NCBI GenBank assembly: GCA_002633005.1
Contig: NMRA01000159.1
Location: 295,494 to 359,493, forward strand
Reading direction: 5' to 3'
Length of the DNA stretch: 64,000 nt
Source: Phoronis australis
Lineage: Eukaryota; Animalia; Phoronida
Positions 41,771 to 55,140 of the stretch are shown here, piece after piece. The notes beneath the pieces were generated by a model. That model was not told the DNA's origin and searched no databases. It saw only the letters and a list, made by a program, of their open reading frames with translations. A program made the translations under genes and the position numbers. Numbering within the stretch: position 1 is the stretch's first letter; the number at the start of each line of letters is the position of its first letter.

Positions 41771-41963
41771 ACGGTCGTTTGCTATGTGGCCGGGTGTTCA
41801 GCCACACGGGCGAAATGCAAAGGCGTTGGCTTCCATAGCGTACGGAGACACCAAAATCGACTGTGGGAGAAAAGCCTTATGTCTTGTATCAACGTTATTT
41901 AAAATAACACTTTACCTATATGTTGAAGACATTTTGAAGATGGATGTTTTTTAAGAATTTCTG
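41771..41963 (+). pseudogene. THAP domain remnant
   Basis: VCYVAGCSATRAKCKGVGFHSV..LWEK..IC*RHFEDGCF, then a GTAAG donor; contains stops. Confidence 0.65.
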
Positions 41964-43116
41964 GTAAGCCTACTAGTACTACCACTACTGACGTATTCTA
42001 TCTCACATAATCAATTGCACATGTACTCCATTTTGATGAACATTATCTGGAAATTTTTTGACGAAAAAGTTCTGCTAAATTCTTTCAAAAGATAGTGATT
42101 CACGAACTTTTGTCCTTACGAGGAACTTCAGCCATAGGGCAGTGTGCATTATAACCAAATTAGTCATCTTCGCTAACACTAATCATGCGGTTACTGTCTA
42201 CTGAATGCTGGCAAAACCTTTAACATACATGTAAATAAAGATCACATTAATACTCCAAAAATAACCAACTGGCCTTCTCAAAATCTATCTCGCAATTCAA
42301 CAACAGGTTACACGCTCATTTCATGTCAAATGTATGACGCACAAAATCTCTAGACCATCTTAGCCAAGTACATTGCAGTCTGTGAAAATACAAAGAACTA
42401 ACCCGAGTTTCAACTTCTTTGGAAACATAGAACAGGAACAACAGAGGGGTGTGAAAGTTGTTTTTATTCCTCAATTTTAATTTTTTGTAAGCGAACAAAT
42501 GATTTTGAATTTCCGCCTTAATTCCTAAAGTTTCCAAACTTAAGCCTTTCAAACAAACGCTTATGACGAAAACAAAATTCTTCAGCTGGTTTTGTAAAGT
42601 CCTATACCACCTCTAGGGTACATAATGAACCAATCCTACTCCTAATGTAACGAAAGGGTCTCGTGCGTAAAGGATACTAAGAATTGTCCTGAAATATTAT
42701 GTGAAATGTCAAATCAGATCGAGCGGTTTGGAAGTCCAGTTTAACGTTTTATGAACTTCAGTTGCACTGCACACAATCCTTTATGAATTTACCGAAGTTG
42801 GCTACAGAAATTCGCAACGCAGAGAAACGTCTACACAAATTACACCCTATTCACCTCTTTCACGAACGCGGGGCGCTGCTGTCGTGTTGATCGAAAACGA
42901 GGCGCCTTGACAAACATGGCATCGTCCAAAAATCAAGTTGTCTGATGTTGAATCGATCTCCAAAAAACATACCAATATTTACGGCAACTAGACTTTTACC
43001 CTCCTCTGCCATTCCTTAGTAGTTTTCCCTCTTTTGAAAAAGTGTGGAAGTCAGGGATATACCCAGGCTTTTAGTCTTGAAAAACCCTGCTCGCCAGCTG
43101 GGCGAGTGCCGGAGCC

Positions 43117-44109
43117 NNNNNNNNNNNNNNNNNNNNNNNNNNNNNNNNNNNNNNNNNNNNNNNNNNNNNNNNNNNNNNNNNNNNNNNNNNNNNNNNNNNN
43201 NNNNNNNNNNNNNNNNNNNNNNNNNNNNNNNNNNNNNNNNNNNNNNNNNNNNNNNNNNNNNNNNNNNNNNNNNNNNNNNNNNNNNNNNNNNNNNNNNNNN
43301 NNNNNNNNNNNNNNNNNNNNNNNNNNNNNNNNNNNNNNNNNNNNNNNNNNNNNNNNNNNNNNNNNNNNNNNNNNNNNNNNNNNNNNNNNNNNNNNNNNNN
43401 NNNNNNNNNNNNNNNNNNNNNNNNNNNNNNNNNNNNNNNNNNNNNNNNNNNNNNNNNNNNNNNNNNNNNNNNNNNNNNNNNNNNNNNNNNNNNNNNNNNN
43501 NNNNNNNNNNNNNNNNNNNNNNNNNNNNNNNNNNNNNNNNNNNNNNNNNNNNNNNNNNNNNNNNNNNNNNNNNNNNNNNNNNNNNNNNNNNNNNNNNNNN
43601 NNNNNNNNNNNNNNNNNNNNNNNNNNNNNNNNNNNNNNNNNNNNNNNNNNNNNNNNNNNNNNNNNNNNNNNNNNNNNNNNNNNNNNNNNNNNNNNNNNNN
43701 NNNNNNNNNNNNNNNNNNNNNNNNNNNNNNNNNNNNNNNNNNNNNNNNNNNNNNNNNNNNNNNNNNNNNNNNNNNNNNNNNNNNNNNNNNNNNNNNNNNN
43801 NNNNNNNNNNNNNNNNNNNNNNNNNNNNNNNNNNNNNNNNNNNNNNNNNNNNNNNNNNNNNNNNNNNNNNNNNNNNNNNNNNNNNNNNNNNNNNNNNNNN
43901 NNNNNNNNNNNNNNNNNNNNNNNNNNNNNNNNNNNNNNNNNNNNNNNNNNNNNNNNNNNNNNNNNNNNNNNNNNNNNNNNNNNNNNNNNNNNNNNNNNNN
44001 NNNNNNNNNNNNNNNNNNNNNNNNNNNNNNNNNNNNNNNNNNNNNNNNNNNNNNNNNNNNNNNNNNNNNNNNNNNNNNNNNNNNNNNNNNNNNNNNNNNN
44101 NNNNNNNNN
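43117..44109. other. Assembly gap (others at 28129-28677 and 58585-59266)
   Basis: Runs of N; ORFs spanning them are artefacts. Confidence 0.99.
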
Positions 44110-44258
44110 GTTCAGGCACTGCACAGTACACTATGGCCAGCTGATGATCACTCACGAGGTTTTATCAGTGTGCCTCGTTTTCGATCAGTATTTAAAGATG
44201 GCGCGGGAAGATGGCGCTTTCGTGAAATAGGTGAATAGCCTATGCAGCTCCTGGAGGA

Positions 44259-44330
44259 GGCGGGGTGGCCTAGTGTGATTGGTGCCTACTTTCTTTACTC
44301 GAGGTTGTGGGTTCGAATCCCATTTGGCGA
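44259..44330 (+). other. tRNA-derived sequence with Pol III A and B boxes
   Basis: TGGCCTAGTG (A box) and GGTTCGAATCC at 44310-44320 with a T-stem TGGG/CCCA; anticodon and acceptor arms are degenerate. Confidence 0.55.
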
Positions 44331-45699
44331 GATGGGCAAAAAGGACCGCCTCAGGGGAACAAAAAGTCCAAGAAAACGAGACAAAAGTAGACTAAAACGG
44401 CAAGAATTCGGCACAAGTAATAGCTCTGAACGTATTACCTCTTTCTTATTTTGTAGTCCCCGTTTTTTTAATCCCCGATTTTGCTTTTCGTTAAAAGGTC
44501 CAAACACCCAAAATATCGAACCCCCTTATAAAATTGTCAGGTTGAGCGCGCGCATGCGTGTCAGGTTTCAAGCTCCTCAATTCGGTTTTAACTATATATC
44601 AATAAAGCATAAAAATTGGTTCCAAGTGATCAGTGCAATGGGCCCACATGCACTGCCTTCGCACGTCCAGTACAGCGTGTATCAGACCACTTGCGATTAT
44701 TTTATGCAGCTCCTGATTTAAACAACGACCTCGTTTTTAAGTTTGGTCCGGTATAAATAAATCCACAGACCTGGAAATCCAGCGAAACACTTCTACCTTA
44801 CAAATTTGACAATCCCTAGTCTCAGGAAATTTGAGCACCCGGCACAAAGGTACTAGTGATGAAAATCCGGTGATGATATTTATCCACTTTGTTTATTTGC
44901 TTCACCTACACAATTTGAAATAGCCGGTGAAATGAAGCCCATTCGAGTAAGCACCATTTGTGTCCCTATACAAGCCCCAATATGGTAGAACCCAACAAGC
45001 TCAAGTTGCGATCAAATCAGGATGGGCATAAATATGGAGATTTACTGTATCAACAGGTTGGCCAAATAAGAATAAGATACAAAGTGTTGGTACAGTGCAC
45101 ACGTGCACAATACTTGGCCTATCATTTTTCCCGCCGTAAGTGCATGAACCAATCAGATCACCAATGACGCAAAGTTTTCGGAAACAAGCTTGATTCTTAG
45201 GAAAACCTGTTACTGCTCTAATTATTTTCAAAACTTTATTGTTGTACATTTAATTTATTTTCTGTTCAACAATGAGGCCACTTAATATAAATGCATGAAA
45301 CACCATTAATGCATTGTATAAACCAAAAGTTATGTTCTATCAACATTAGACAAAATCAGTAAAACCCCTTTCTTAATCATGCACTATCAAGAGCTGGTAC
45401 AGAACTTTTTAATGATACATGTATAACTGTTGTGCAATTCGGTTATCGACGTAGTTGCGAAAAGTTTTGAGTAATGGTAAATTTCATAGCAAGATCGAAC
45501 ACCCCTTGGAAGAAATGAATGCAAATTCCACGCATGCACAGCGCAACTTCATCAAGACGAGCTCGAAGCAGGAATTCCAATAGTTCCACTACGAAACTTG
45601 GCAAGTTGGTTTCTATCAATGTGACGACTATACTGATTGGTGACGACAACGAATTTCCATTTTCTGGTAATTCTTGTGTTTTGCGCACCTCCTTGACGT

Positions 45700-46550
45700 G
45701 GTTTTTAACAGTTTTGAGTCCATTTTTGACGCGTGCCTCTCTATCCGCCAAACTAATCGAAGGTCGTTTTGAAAGTAGGCACCAGATGTTTTTCTGAAGA
45801 GAAGACCGCAGCTTTGGACGGGTTCGACCATAGACACCAGTATTGAGATGTCTATGGGTTCGACTATTTTTGCGCCCCCTAGTGGCGTGTTTCGTCTGTG
45901 GCTGTGCTTTCTTAACCATTTGTAGGATCTTTGTAAAATTTGGCGGTCGTATTGCAATGGAGCTGACAGCATATTATAACAAGTTTCAGATCCATTCGAT
46001 CACCGCAGTGTCCCCTATTTAGAGTTTCATTTTACGCTTGCCTCTGTATTTTCGGACTTCACCAAAGACGGGATTTTCGTAAAATTTTGCCAAATAGGTT
46101 TCTACTGTGGATATGATGACAATCTTCCATTCTCGAACGGATTTGATGTATTTTTGCACCACCTAGTGGCTATGTTTGTTTTCTTCGAACCAGTTGTTTC
46201 TGTTGCGAAAACGTTGATCTTTGAACCGATGTGACAACTGTGACGCATCTTTTTGTCTTTTTGCGTGTTCGTATTTCCATATTCCAGTGAAGGATCTTTG
46301 AAATTTTGGACTTTAGTTAAACTACAAATGTGATTACGGCTACCTGTGACTTTTGGACAGTTCTGACTACTTTTGGAGCCCTAGTTACAATTTTAATTTC
46401 AAAGTTTGTTTCTGTATCTTCAGAGTTCCTATAGAACTAAATAGCAGATTTATTGAATTTTGACAAACATGTTTCTGTTGTGATGGCGGTAACATATTTT
46501 TATTTTGGGATGGATCTGGCGTATTTTGCGTCACCTAGTGTCCATTTTGG
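45700..46550 (-). repeat. Inverted copy of the CCACTAG-motif tandem-repeat element
   Basis: GCGCCCCCTAGTGG at 45872, GCACCACCTAGTGG at 46156, GCGTCACCTAGTG at 46528; unit structure mirrors 29600-31600. Confidence 0.65.
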
Positions 46551-47504
46551 ATGCTAATGAACAATCCTGCTGGAAGCACGACTGTTTGCGCTGCAATCGT
46601 GGGCACATGAACACTCAGCGTTGCTCTTGTTTGCGCTATTTAAAAGTCTGTCATATTTTCCATTGATAGCTGAGTACTTTTGTTACGTTGTTCACCAGTA
46701 ACAATCGCAGACTGGCTCGAACTTAAAAATATCGCGGTTTTCAAGTCATTTGCGTTTGGCTGAGCTATGCAAGAAAGCCCCGCATCAACGTTAATTGTAA
46801 GATCACTTTCATCTGATTGTGAGATAGGCCTCAAGGCGTTAGCAACGCGCTCAGATGTTCCACCTTATTTTAAATCTAGTTTCCCGGTTTTCTTTCTCGA
46901 ATGTGTGCAACCACTGGAGAATTGATTAATCAACCGCACATGCGATGCTGTTCTTAAATATGACTTGAATTAATGCATTGTTAAACGTAGTTTTGATCTA
47001 CAGTAATTCTGTGAATTACAACATTTGTAATCCTCGGGGTTCTTACACTTAACAAATTACAAATGCATACTAATTGTATCTTTTATCGGATGTCAGCCGT
47101 GCACAAATTGTATGGGACACCTAGTTAGTTTTTGCTAACTTTCGCCTTCCCTATTTGAGACATACCAGGAAATAGTCAAAGAACTAATCAATCCAAGTTT
47201 TCAGCCAATCGATATGTTCCATACATGTATGTGACATTATAGAAAGCAAAACAATAGCTCAATCATTTATGATCTGAACAATGTAATTTGTAATGGTTTG
47301 CATAAGACCTGAATTTGTTCATTTGAGGGAATAATTGTAATTGTTATGGAAAATAAACAAGTTCCAGTAACCGACTTTTCCAGTGAAACAGGACACCTCT
47401 CAATTAGCTCCTATAGCCATAGTCAAACGGTTGTCGTAGAATGTATCGCCAGCGTGTTGATTAGCTTCTGAAACGATAATGCAGCGCTGAAAATCATGTT
47501 ATGT

Positions 47505-47574
47505 CATGGGCGGTGCAGCAATGAAAAAAGTGGGGATATAGCCCCCCCCAGCCCCCTATGGTGCGCCGTCCATG
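47505..47574. mobile_element. 70-bp mini-MITE with 5-bp TSD TATGT
   Basis: CATGGGCGGTGCA ... GTGCGCCGTCCATG, flanked by TATGT on both sides. Confidence 0.75.
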
Positions 47575-48459
47575 TATGTAGTTGTTCAGTAGAAAGCGTT
47601 TCACTCAGTCATCGAGTTCATAAGTGAAGCTGCTGCTGCCACGATCAATGCATTTGAAACTCTTTCAGAGCAATTCCACATAAAAACCAGATGGTGGGCT
47701 ACATATGCAAAATCGCCGATCTTTTGAAACTTAGCACACCAGCTGGCCTTGACAACAGAAATCCGAGTCTGATTTTCATGTGTTTTTGAGTTTTAATAAC
47801 AATTTTCCCTTTTTGTTGTTTACGCAATCTCGAACTGTTGTGGTACCTCAAACGATCTCACATGATTTTTCGCATGCTTAACACAACTAACCAAGGTCAC
47901 ATTTCCTCACACTTTTTGATGAAAACTGATGAAATGTAAAAGAACGGAAACCATCCTCCATATTTTTGCAATAACAGGACGTGCATGTAATCTCCAACCT
48001 TGAATTATCATTGGATTAGTTAAACAAAACATCAGGTGTTTTAGCAAATTGGGGTTTCAAAATTGATTTTTTTTATATAACACTAGGTCATATTAGAGCA
48101 TAAATTTTAGGTAAATTCTGTGAATTCCAAAAATAGCTTCAATCCTCTTGTCAGTCAGAGTGAGCCCAAATCACAAAAATGTCCAAATTCGAGGGCTATG
48201 CTTAGCACTAAATGGGGAAGAGACCAGATTTTTAAAAGCACTCCACAAAGCTCGATCTTAGGAGTGTCTACACGGAGAATTTTAACTTCAAATATTACTC
48301 GTTATAGAAGGCAGAATAAGCAACATCTTGCCACTTGTGACTGGCTTGGGAGTTTTCTCCCCTGCTGGAAATTCAATAGTATCTGTGAGTTGCAAATATC
48401 TTTTTCTTACTAAACTTACATAAATCTTTATGACCACCAATGCCAAACTCTGTCACCTG

Positions 48460-48610
48460 GCGTGCGTTCAGTAGACGATAGGACCTACGCTAGGACCTAG
48501 CTAAAACCTAGTCAAAGTCACGTGCTCTCATTTAAAATGCACGGCAATATCTCACGTAATCTCGCGAAGTCTTGCTTTTTAGCGAGGTCCTATCGTTACT
48601 GAACGGGAGG
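48460..48610. mobile_element. Small MITE with about 21-bp inverted repeats
   Basis: CGTTCAGTAGACGATAGGACCT ... AGGTCCTATCGTTACTGAACG, with CTG/CAG flanks (Harbinger-like). Confidence 0.65.
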
Positions 48611-51600
48611 CAGTTCTTCAAGTCTGATTTTTGTCATACTGACATGAAAAAGTGTAAAATATGCCTTTATAGCCAAGTGCCATTGAGTGCAAATATTGCA
48701 ACAGTGTACTTTGGGAAAGAGCATCCCAACACATGCACAAAATATTAGCTCATACGGTTTTGATATGGAATCACTCTTCAGCCGTATTGAGGGTAGCATT
48801 TGTGTTTCAAAATGTTTTCTTATCGTGTATTTCCATTACCAATTCAAGTCGCAGAGAATGCGCGCATGCGCCATGTTCTAGTGTCCAATTTTAGGGGTGT
48901 CTAACTCCAACAGACGCCGAAGAGTTTACTTTTTGAGACGCTAAGGGTTTCAATATTTTTTAGGTTACGGAAATAGAATCCTGTCACTGACAAATTATGA
49001 AAAAAACAGCCTAATTACATGTAGATTTTCGTTATTGTCCTGTTAAACAAGGCTAAACGCAGCTTCGAAAAGGTTCTTAAAAATTCGGTAACTTGTGTTA
49101 CCTTGTGTTGCAAACTGACGAAACCATGTTACTGTGACTACCACCGACAAATAAAACCCTATGTTTGGGTGCTGTCATGATGGAAATGCGATGTTGGGTG
49201 ACTTTCATGAGAACCCATATAGATAATGAGGGCCTTGTGTCATTAATCAATCAATCATTGGTCAAAAAACTTTTAATATGGTCATTTAGTTTTTGAGATT
49301 TGAGCTGTTGAAATAACAAAAATATGGGCTTTGGAGAATACATCATTGGTATTGTCACATCCATTTTGGAACAAAAACTAAATCTGGCTTAGGAGCAAGA
49401 AAGTTTGATACTGGTAACTCCTGTAGGTAATCACTGAACATCAATAAAAAACTGGAGCAACGCAATAGAATTCATTTACTTGTTAATACCACTACATGTA
49501 CTTCTGAATTACAAAAAAAGTTGTGTTTAGAAAAAGGGAGATAATACCGTCTTAATTTTCTTCACACTTGTGCAAATACAAATGTATAAGCTAATGGAAA
49601 AACTTTATCCTAAGACATACTCATCTCTTAACTATCATCAGAGTCACATCACCATCAATGAGATGCCTATTTCCATCAACTACCCTCAAAGAAATACAGA
49701 AAAGCACTTTTCATCATCAGTAAACATTGTATGCATAAATCTCACATAACACAGAGGTCATGGAGGGGGCTACGGAGAATACAAAATATGCAGATACCTG
49801 TTTATGAGTGGATGAACACTTGTGCAATGCAATAGAATTCATTTAATTGTTAATACCAACACTTCTGAATCAACAGAGAACATTCATGTTTTAATAATTA
49901 TCCTTTTAAACGGATATGCAATACAATATATATAAATTGAGGGCTGCGTAGAATGCAGGAGGTACGGAAAATATGAAAGACATTTTGCTTATGATCAATT
50001 TAAATGCTGCACTTGGTCTAATATTTTTTGTGGGCCAAAGTTAGTTTTAAGATTCCCAATGTGCAGTATCAAATATCTTTCGTCTCTAAACATCCGTGCA
50101 AAATGGCGGCCACTAAAGTGATTGTTCGGTTGGTTAGAGTGTTGATTAATTAATAATTAACAAACACTGTTAAATGTTTGAACAGTATTAATTAAATGAA
50201 GTGCTCTTCAAATACAAGTGAAACGAGGAAACGATAATTAGGCCATAGGACCACGATTCACGCATGTGAAAATGGTACACCAAGATATAACCTGTACCTG
50301 TTAACTTAATTCCTTTTACACACGCGTTCACCGTTGGAGGAAATTTAACCTTGTCATGTGTCCGCTTTGCGCAAACTCCCGTTTTAATACTAAATGATGA
50401 TAAATTTAAGCATTTACTTTTAATACAAAGCCTTACAATTCGAAAAGTTGTAGCTTTTCCGGTGTACGACAGGCGTAGCAACTGCACTTAATGGCAAAAT
50501 GACATACAGTTTTGACTTGTACGAGTGCCAGCCTACTTAACAAATTATCGCAATGACAGTCAGCTTCAGCCTCCGCATTACGTCACTGTGTGCAGTAATA
50601 CACACACTGCAAGTGCACGGGACAAGTGATCTTAAAAGCAACTACTATACCAAAACCGGCCGAACATCACCCAGGTGTTTAAAATATCGTCTACTCGGAT
50701 ATATAGCAATTTCGGAGCGATTCAGATGAGATTCTGTCCTTATGAATCGAATGACCAGCTAATTACAATCGTAAGTTGCATTTCAACTATCCAATCGTTA
50801 TTCTTTATTTTTATTTTAAAAACAAAAAGGTGATGCGTTCGAATTCTTATTAAATACGCATTGTTGTCAACGTTATTGCCATTTTCTTTGTTTTCATGCG
50901 ACATTCGATTATTCGCAAAAGAGCTCCTACTAATGTGTTATATGATACTGCATGAATAAAATCGATTTCTTAAAAATTTTAATACATGTAAGTAACTCAT
51001 GAGCCTGAATAACGATAGCTTTTCCTCTTGCGACTGACAATGTATCATGTGCGCTACTCAAATATATCTCATTACAGTCTGGCTATTTTTGGTCTTTTCG
51101 CGCAACAGTGGGTAAACCCGAACACAAAGAATTGAATCGAGTGCATATTTTAACAAAACCCGAGACGTAACATTAAATTATTTATTGTTGTTGACTAGGG
51201 ATATTCGTTTGTACAAAATATATGCGCTTTACTTAAAATAATTAACATTTACATTCATACCAACGTCTGAGGAGTGAGGATAGGACAGAGGAAACAACAG
51301 GTTTTAAGAAGGGCAGCCTTTCAACACTATTCGTGTCTAATGAAGCGGCATTATATCTGAGAGCGAAATTTAAAATTTAAAAATGAAACATGAGGTATAC
51401 TATGCAACATGTGGAAACAATTCTTATATATTTAATGTAATAAAGAAAAATTTCCGTCGTATTACAGCATATTACATGTTCAACAAGCTCACAATGTATA
51501 TTCCAACCCTTGTAAAACCTGACCAGGCTACGCGTGTTGCTGGAACTCCTCATCATGACTAATGCAGTTCATCACTGTGTTGACGGATAAGCCTACAATG

Positions 51601-52082
51601 TAGATGGCCCTCCAAAGTTTTTGCTGATTTTAGGATTGAAAAGACTGGTCGTGTAAGCTCCAACCGTCCCGCAAAATCTAAAAATGAAAATATGAACACT
51701 ATCATGGTCCAAAGACTACAAAAAAATCTTGCACACAGTTAGTGAAACTGATACCAAAGTCAACTTTCCATCCCTTACGACTGCCCGAAGTGCAACCAAC
51801 TACATGAACTTCAAAAAACGAGCAAAATACACCGAATAAGTAGGTTTCACCCCAAAGAAATGATTTGCAAGCGATTAGTAAGAACTGGGAGGCAGTGCAC
51901 TCAGACTCATAAAACTCTCATTTTACAGATTGGTGTCGAACATAACAGACAGATATTTTACATATTAAAAGTGCCTGAAGGATACCTGAATTTCCAGCTA
52001 AATAACATTCTCCCGTTTTCGATCATGAAATGCCACGGCTGCGCAAAAAGTGGGTCAAGAGGTATAAACCTGGCAATCTTTT

Positions 52083-52285
52083 CCTTACAAAAGTGAACTT
52101 AAAGTTTTTCGCTGAAAACTTAAGTTTTGGCAAAAAAATATTTTTTTTTGAAAATAACTTAAATTTTAGAGGAAAACCTTTATATCTAACGAAACACTTA
52201 ATTTTTTAAAAGAAACCTAAGTTTTTAAAACTTAAATTTTCCGACAAAAACTTTAATTTTCAGCACCATCTTAAGTTTTTGAGAG
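52083..52285 (+). mobile_element. CACTA/EnSpm-like end with AAAACTTAAGTTTT array (second copy)
   Basis: CCTTACAAAAGTGAACTTAAAGTTTTTCGCTGAAAACTTAAGTTTTGG approximately matches the reverse complement of 7940-7989. Confidence 0.55.
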
Positions 52286-52304
52286 AAGACCATGGCGATA
52301 TCTT

Positions 52305-52459
52305 CGGTGGCGGATAGAGAGGGGGGCCAAGGGGACCATGCACCCTCTAATTTTCGCCAAGATTCCATTTGGCAGTGGGGGTGCGAATGTCTGACGGGTG
52401 AAATCATGGCAAATAATCTGCACTGGCCCCCCTAACTCAAAATCCTGGATCCGCCCCTG
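52305..52459. mobile_element. GC-rich MITE with 5-bp TSD ATCTT
   Basis: CGGTGGCGGATAGAG ... CCTGGATCCGCCCCTG, flanked by ATCTT at 52300 and 52460. Confidence 0.8.
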
Positions 52460-53237
52460 ATCTTTACATGGATAACATTTCTTGTAAATGGGTTATTCCT
52501 GGATTCTTAAGAAGCTGCAACATAATTTTATGTTTTCTAATATCTCCTCATTGTTTTCAGGTCTCTATTAACTTGGCGGAGTACTTGGAAGAACTAGATA
52601 TCCAAACAAACATGTAGACATCGAAACAATCACCGCAGTGGTGGTATTGGTCTTTCTACACCCACATGGCAGATAGAGCTCCATATGTTTCATTGTTTAC
52701 TTAAAAATAGTGCTGCTGTCAGGGTTTGAATTAGAAACAATATTTGAAAAGTCTCCTTGGTCAAGCCAATCCGCTTATAAGCTTTAACAAGCTCACAGAT
52801 TCGTGTAGCCATTTGTTCAAGCCAACGTAAAGCTTCTTGGTTTTGCAATAAGTTTCAAAAGGTACAGTATACGCTAAAGTATGTATGTGAGATTAAACTT
52901 TCATTCCTATTGCGGGCTGTGCCTGTTGAATGGCCATGTAACATTAGTAAGGAGAAATTCCAGGGCTATGTTCAAGACTGTTAGTTAGAATACGACTAGC
53001 GCTGCTCATTGTGTAGAGTTGCGCATTGCTCTATCAGGCTTACCTCGTAAACTAAGAAAAGTTCATAAAAATAATGGGAATTGTTAGTTTATTGCAGTTG
53101 CAAACAATTTCATCATCTGATCAGTATATTCCTTAGATTCTCATAGAAGTTGAAATGAAAAGATACGAAATACGTTATCTGGTTAGCCTGAAGTCCAACT
53201 TTTATTAACATAGTATAATTGTTATACTATACATTGT

Positions 53238-54200
53238 ACATGGTTTGCTCTAGATTATGATTGCATGCTAGGTTACCATGTGTATGTTTTGTGCTCAAGT
53301 TGTGTAGGATAAATTTGTTTTGAATGTCTCAGTAGTGAATCCAGGATTAAAATTATTTAAAACTCTAATCAACACAACTGGAAAACTGGCTCACTGCAGC
53401 GTATGCTTGGAGTAAACTTGCACACTTGTACTTGAATCCTGGAGAGTGATTGGTTAAGCTTGAGTTTGAAGACTATTTTCTAGGCTCTGTATAGCAGTCA
53501 GTAAGTGCATGCAAGTTTTACAAATCAGTGTTGTATAAACAGCACAATAAATATCCAGCAAGTTAACTTGTCTTATACTGATATCTTTTATCTTTTATAT
53601 TGCAATTTTTTTTTTCTAATTGTCGACATTTGACATCTGTAGCTAGTGTACAATTAGTTGGTTCTTCACAATTGTTGGCCTCAAGTCGCATTTATTTGAA
53701 ATTAAAACATATGATCTTTACAATCAGACTCAAATACAGTCGTAAAAGAAATTCAGTGTTCGAAGCTCTGAAATGTCCACTTTGGCCAATCTCGTGACCA
53801 AAAACGCTTCACACCAAGAAAATTATCATTAATATCACATCGATTTTGATTCGCTGTTTTAATTTTCCACGAAACTGTACTTATTTGAAAACATCCACAA
53901 ATTTTAAAGAAGATGTTGGAGGCGTCATTATCAAATGTTTAGTAATAGTGTCTCAAAGAGGAACAAAGTGATAGTTGTGGTGTGGCATCCAATAGATACG
54001 TGTAGAAGTAGAGAGGATTAATGCCTCCCTTCCCTTAACAAACTGCATCATATTTTTTGCATGAACGGATTTTTGGCGCATGTTTACCCTAATAGCGCTG
54101 CATGGCGCTCTAAATAGTGTTTGGTGCCACTAAAAAGTGCATTTCTAGGTTTTTACTGAGACATGGATTGGCATGGTCCCCTCAGTAGTTTTGGGGCCCG
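53238..54200 (+). repeat. Upstream flank of the segmental duplication (homologous to 6375-6740 plus 8690-9273)
   Basis: Colinear, same strand, about 90% identity by eye. Copy 1 carries about 1.9 kb extra between the two blocks. Confidence 0.85.
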
Positions 54201-54627
54201 CGTGCACGTGCCTTAGTGGACCCTTTGGAAAAGACGGCACTACCCGTGATAACTCAATACCTTAAACACCGGATCACCAATGGACACTGCAAAACTTTAT
54301 AAGCCAATCAAATTGCAACAAGACTCGATGATAGTTTTTATCACCGTTGGAGCAACTAATCTTGTAGCCCAGAAAGATTGCAATGCGAAGCAACTATAGT
54401 TTGTTTACCGAACAGCCAGTGATTAGACATCCGTACAATGTATTATTGGGCTGGTGTAGACCACTGAATAGGCTGCAAAGTTGGGCATCAGTGGCGGATG
54501 TGACGCTGCGCGGAAAAGTTGTTTGCTTCTCTCATGACAAATTCCAATTACATGGCTCTAACAGTTTAAGTGAAATGTGATCAAAACGCGCCGACAATCT
54601 ATTGTTGTAGTTCGCGTGTAAAAAAAT

Positions 54628-54818
54628 TCCGCCGCTTTCGCTTCGCAACATTAGCCATAGTAGGCGTGGCTTACTGCGTATGTCGGGACTATCTATTGGA
54701 CGAAGTGACAAATCCACCATTATCCCATGGAATGCTCCTAGTGACTATAAAACCCATTTATACAGTGGATCATGACGACAAATTCACGCCTTGGTTTCCG
54801 TCGGCGATTTCCTTAGCG
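54628..54818 (+). promoter_or_regulatory. Putative proximal promoter of PAN-FReD copy 2
   Basis: GGCGTGG at 54663, ATTGG (inverted CCAAT) at 54695, TATAAAA at 54746; homologous to 13575-13747. Confidence 0.5.
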
Positions 54819-55140
54819 ATGGCTGCTCTGATATCTCTAGTTAATGTCGTGAGTGTTACCTTTGTCGTGCATGTTGACTTGGGGAGCGCTGGTGGTACAT
54901 ACATGTACTTCGGAAATAAGGTTAAAGATGCTCGCAGGGTTGGTTTTGATACCACTAAAGTCAGACCACCTACTGTGTCTTCCATCAAGTGCGGAGCGGA
55001 ATGTTCCCGTGACGCCTCGTGCGATGCCTGGGCGTACAAGGAGTTCGGAAAACTTTGTCACAAATACTCTATCGACGGCGACAATCCTGGCAAGCTGGAA
55101 ATTGCGCACGGATGGGTCTATTATGAAAAAATGTCGAGAG
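54819..55140 (+). CDS. PAN-FReD copy 2, exon 1: signal peptide + PAN/apple domain
   Basis: MAALISLVNVVSVTFVVHV..KCGAECSRDASCDAWAYKEFGKLCHKY..GWVYYEK, open frame, phase-1 donor G|GTTAGA. Confidence 0.85.

Noticed and set aside
44259-44330. Functional tRNA gene
   Set aside because: Only the A/B boxes and T-arm are recognisable; the acceptor and anticodon stems do not pair.
50570-52620. Possible non-coding exons (CRE-like TTACGTCA, GTAAGT at 50771, TTTTCAG at 52560) upstream of copy 2
   Set aside because: Splice-like words alone are common, there is no counterpart upstream of copy 1, and there is no transcript evidence.
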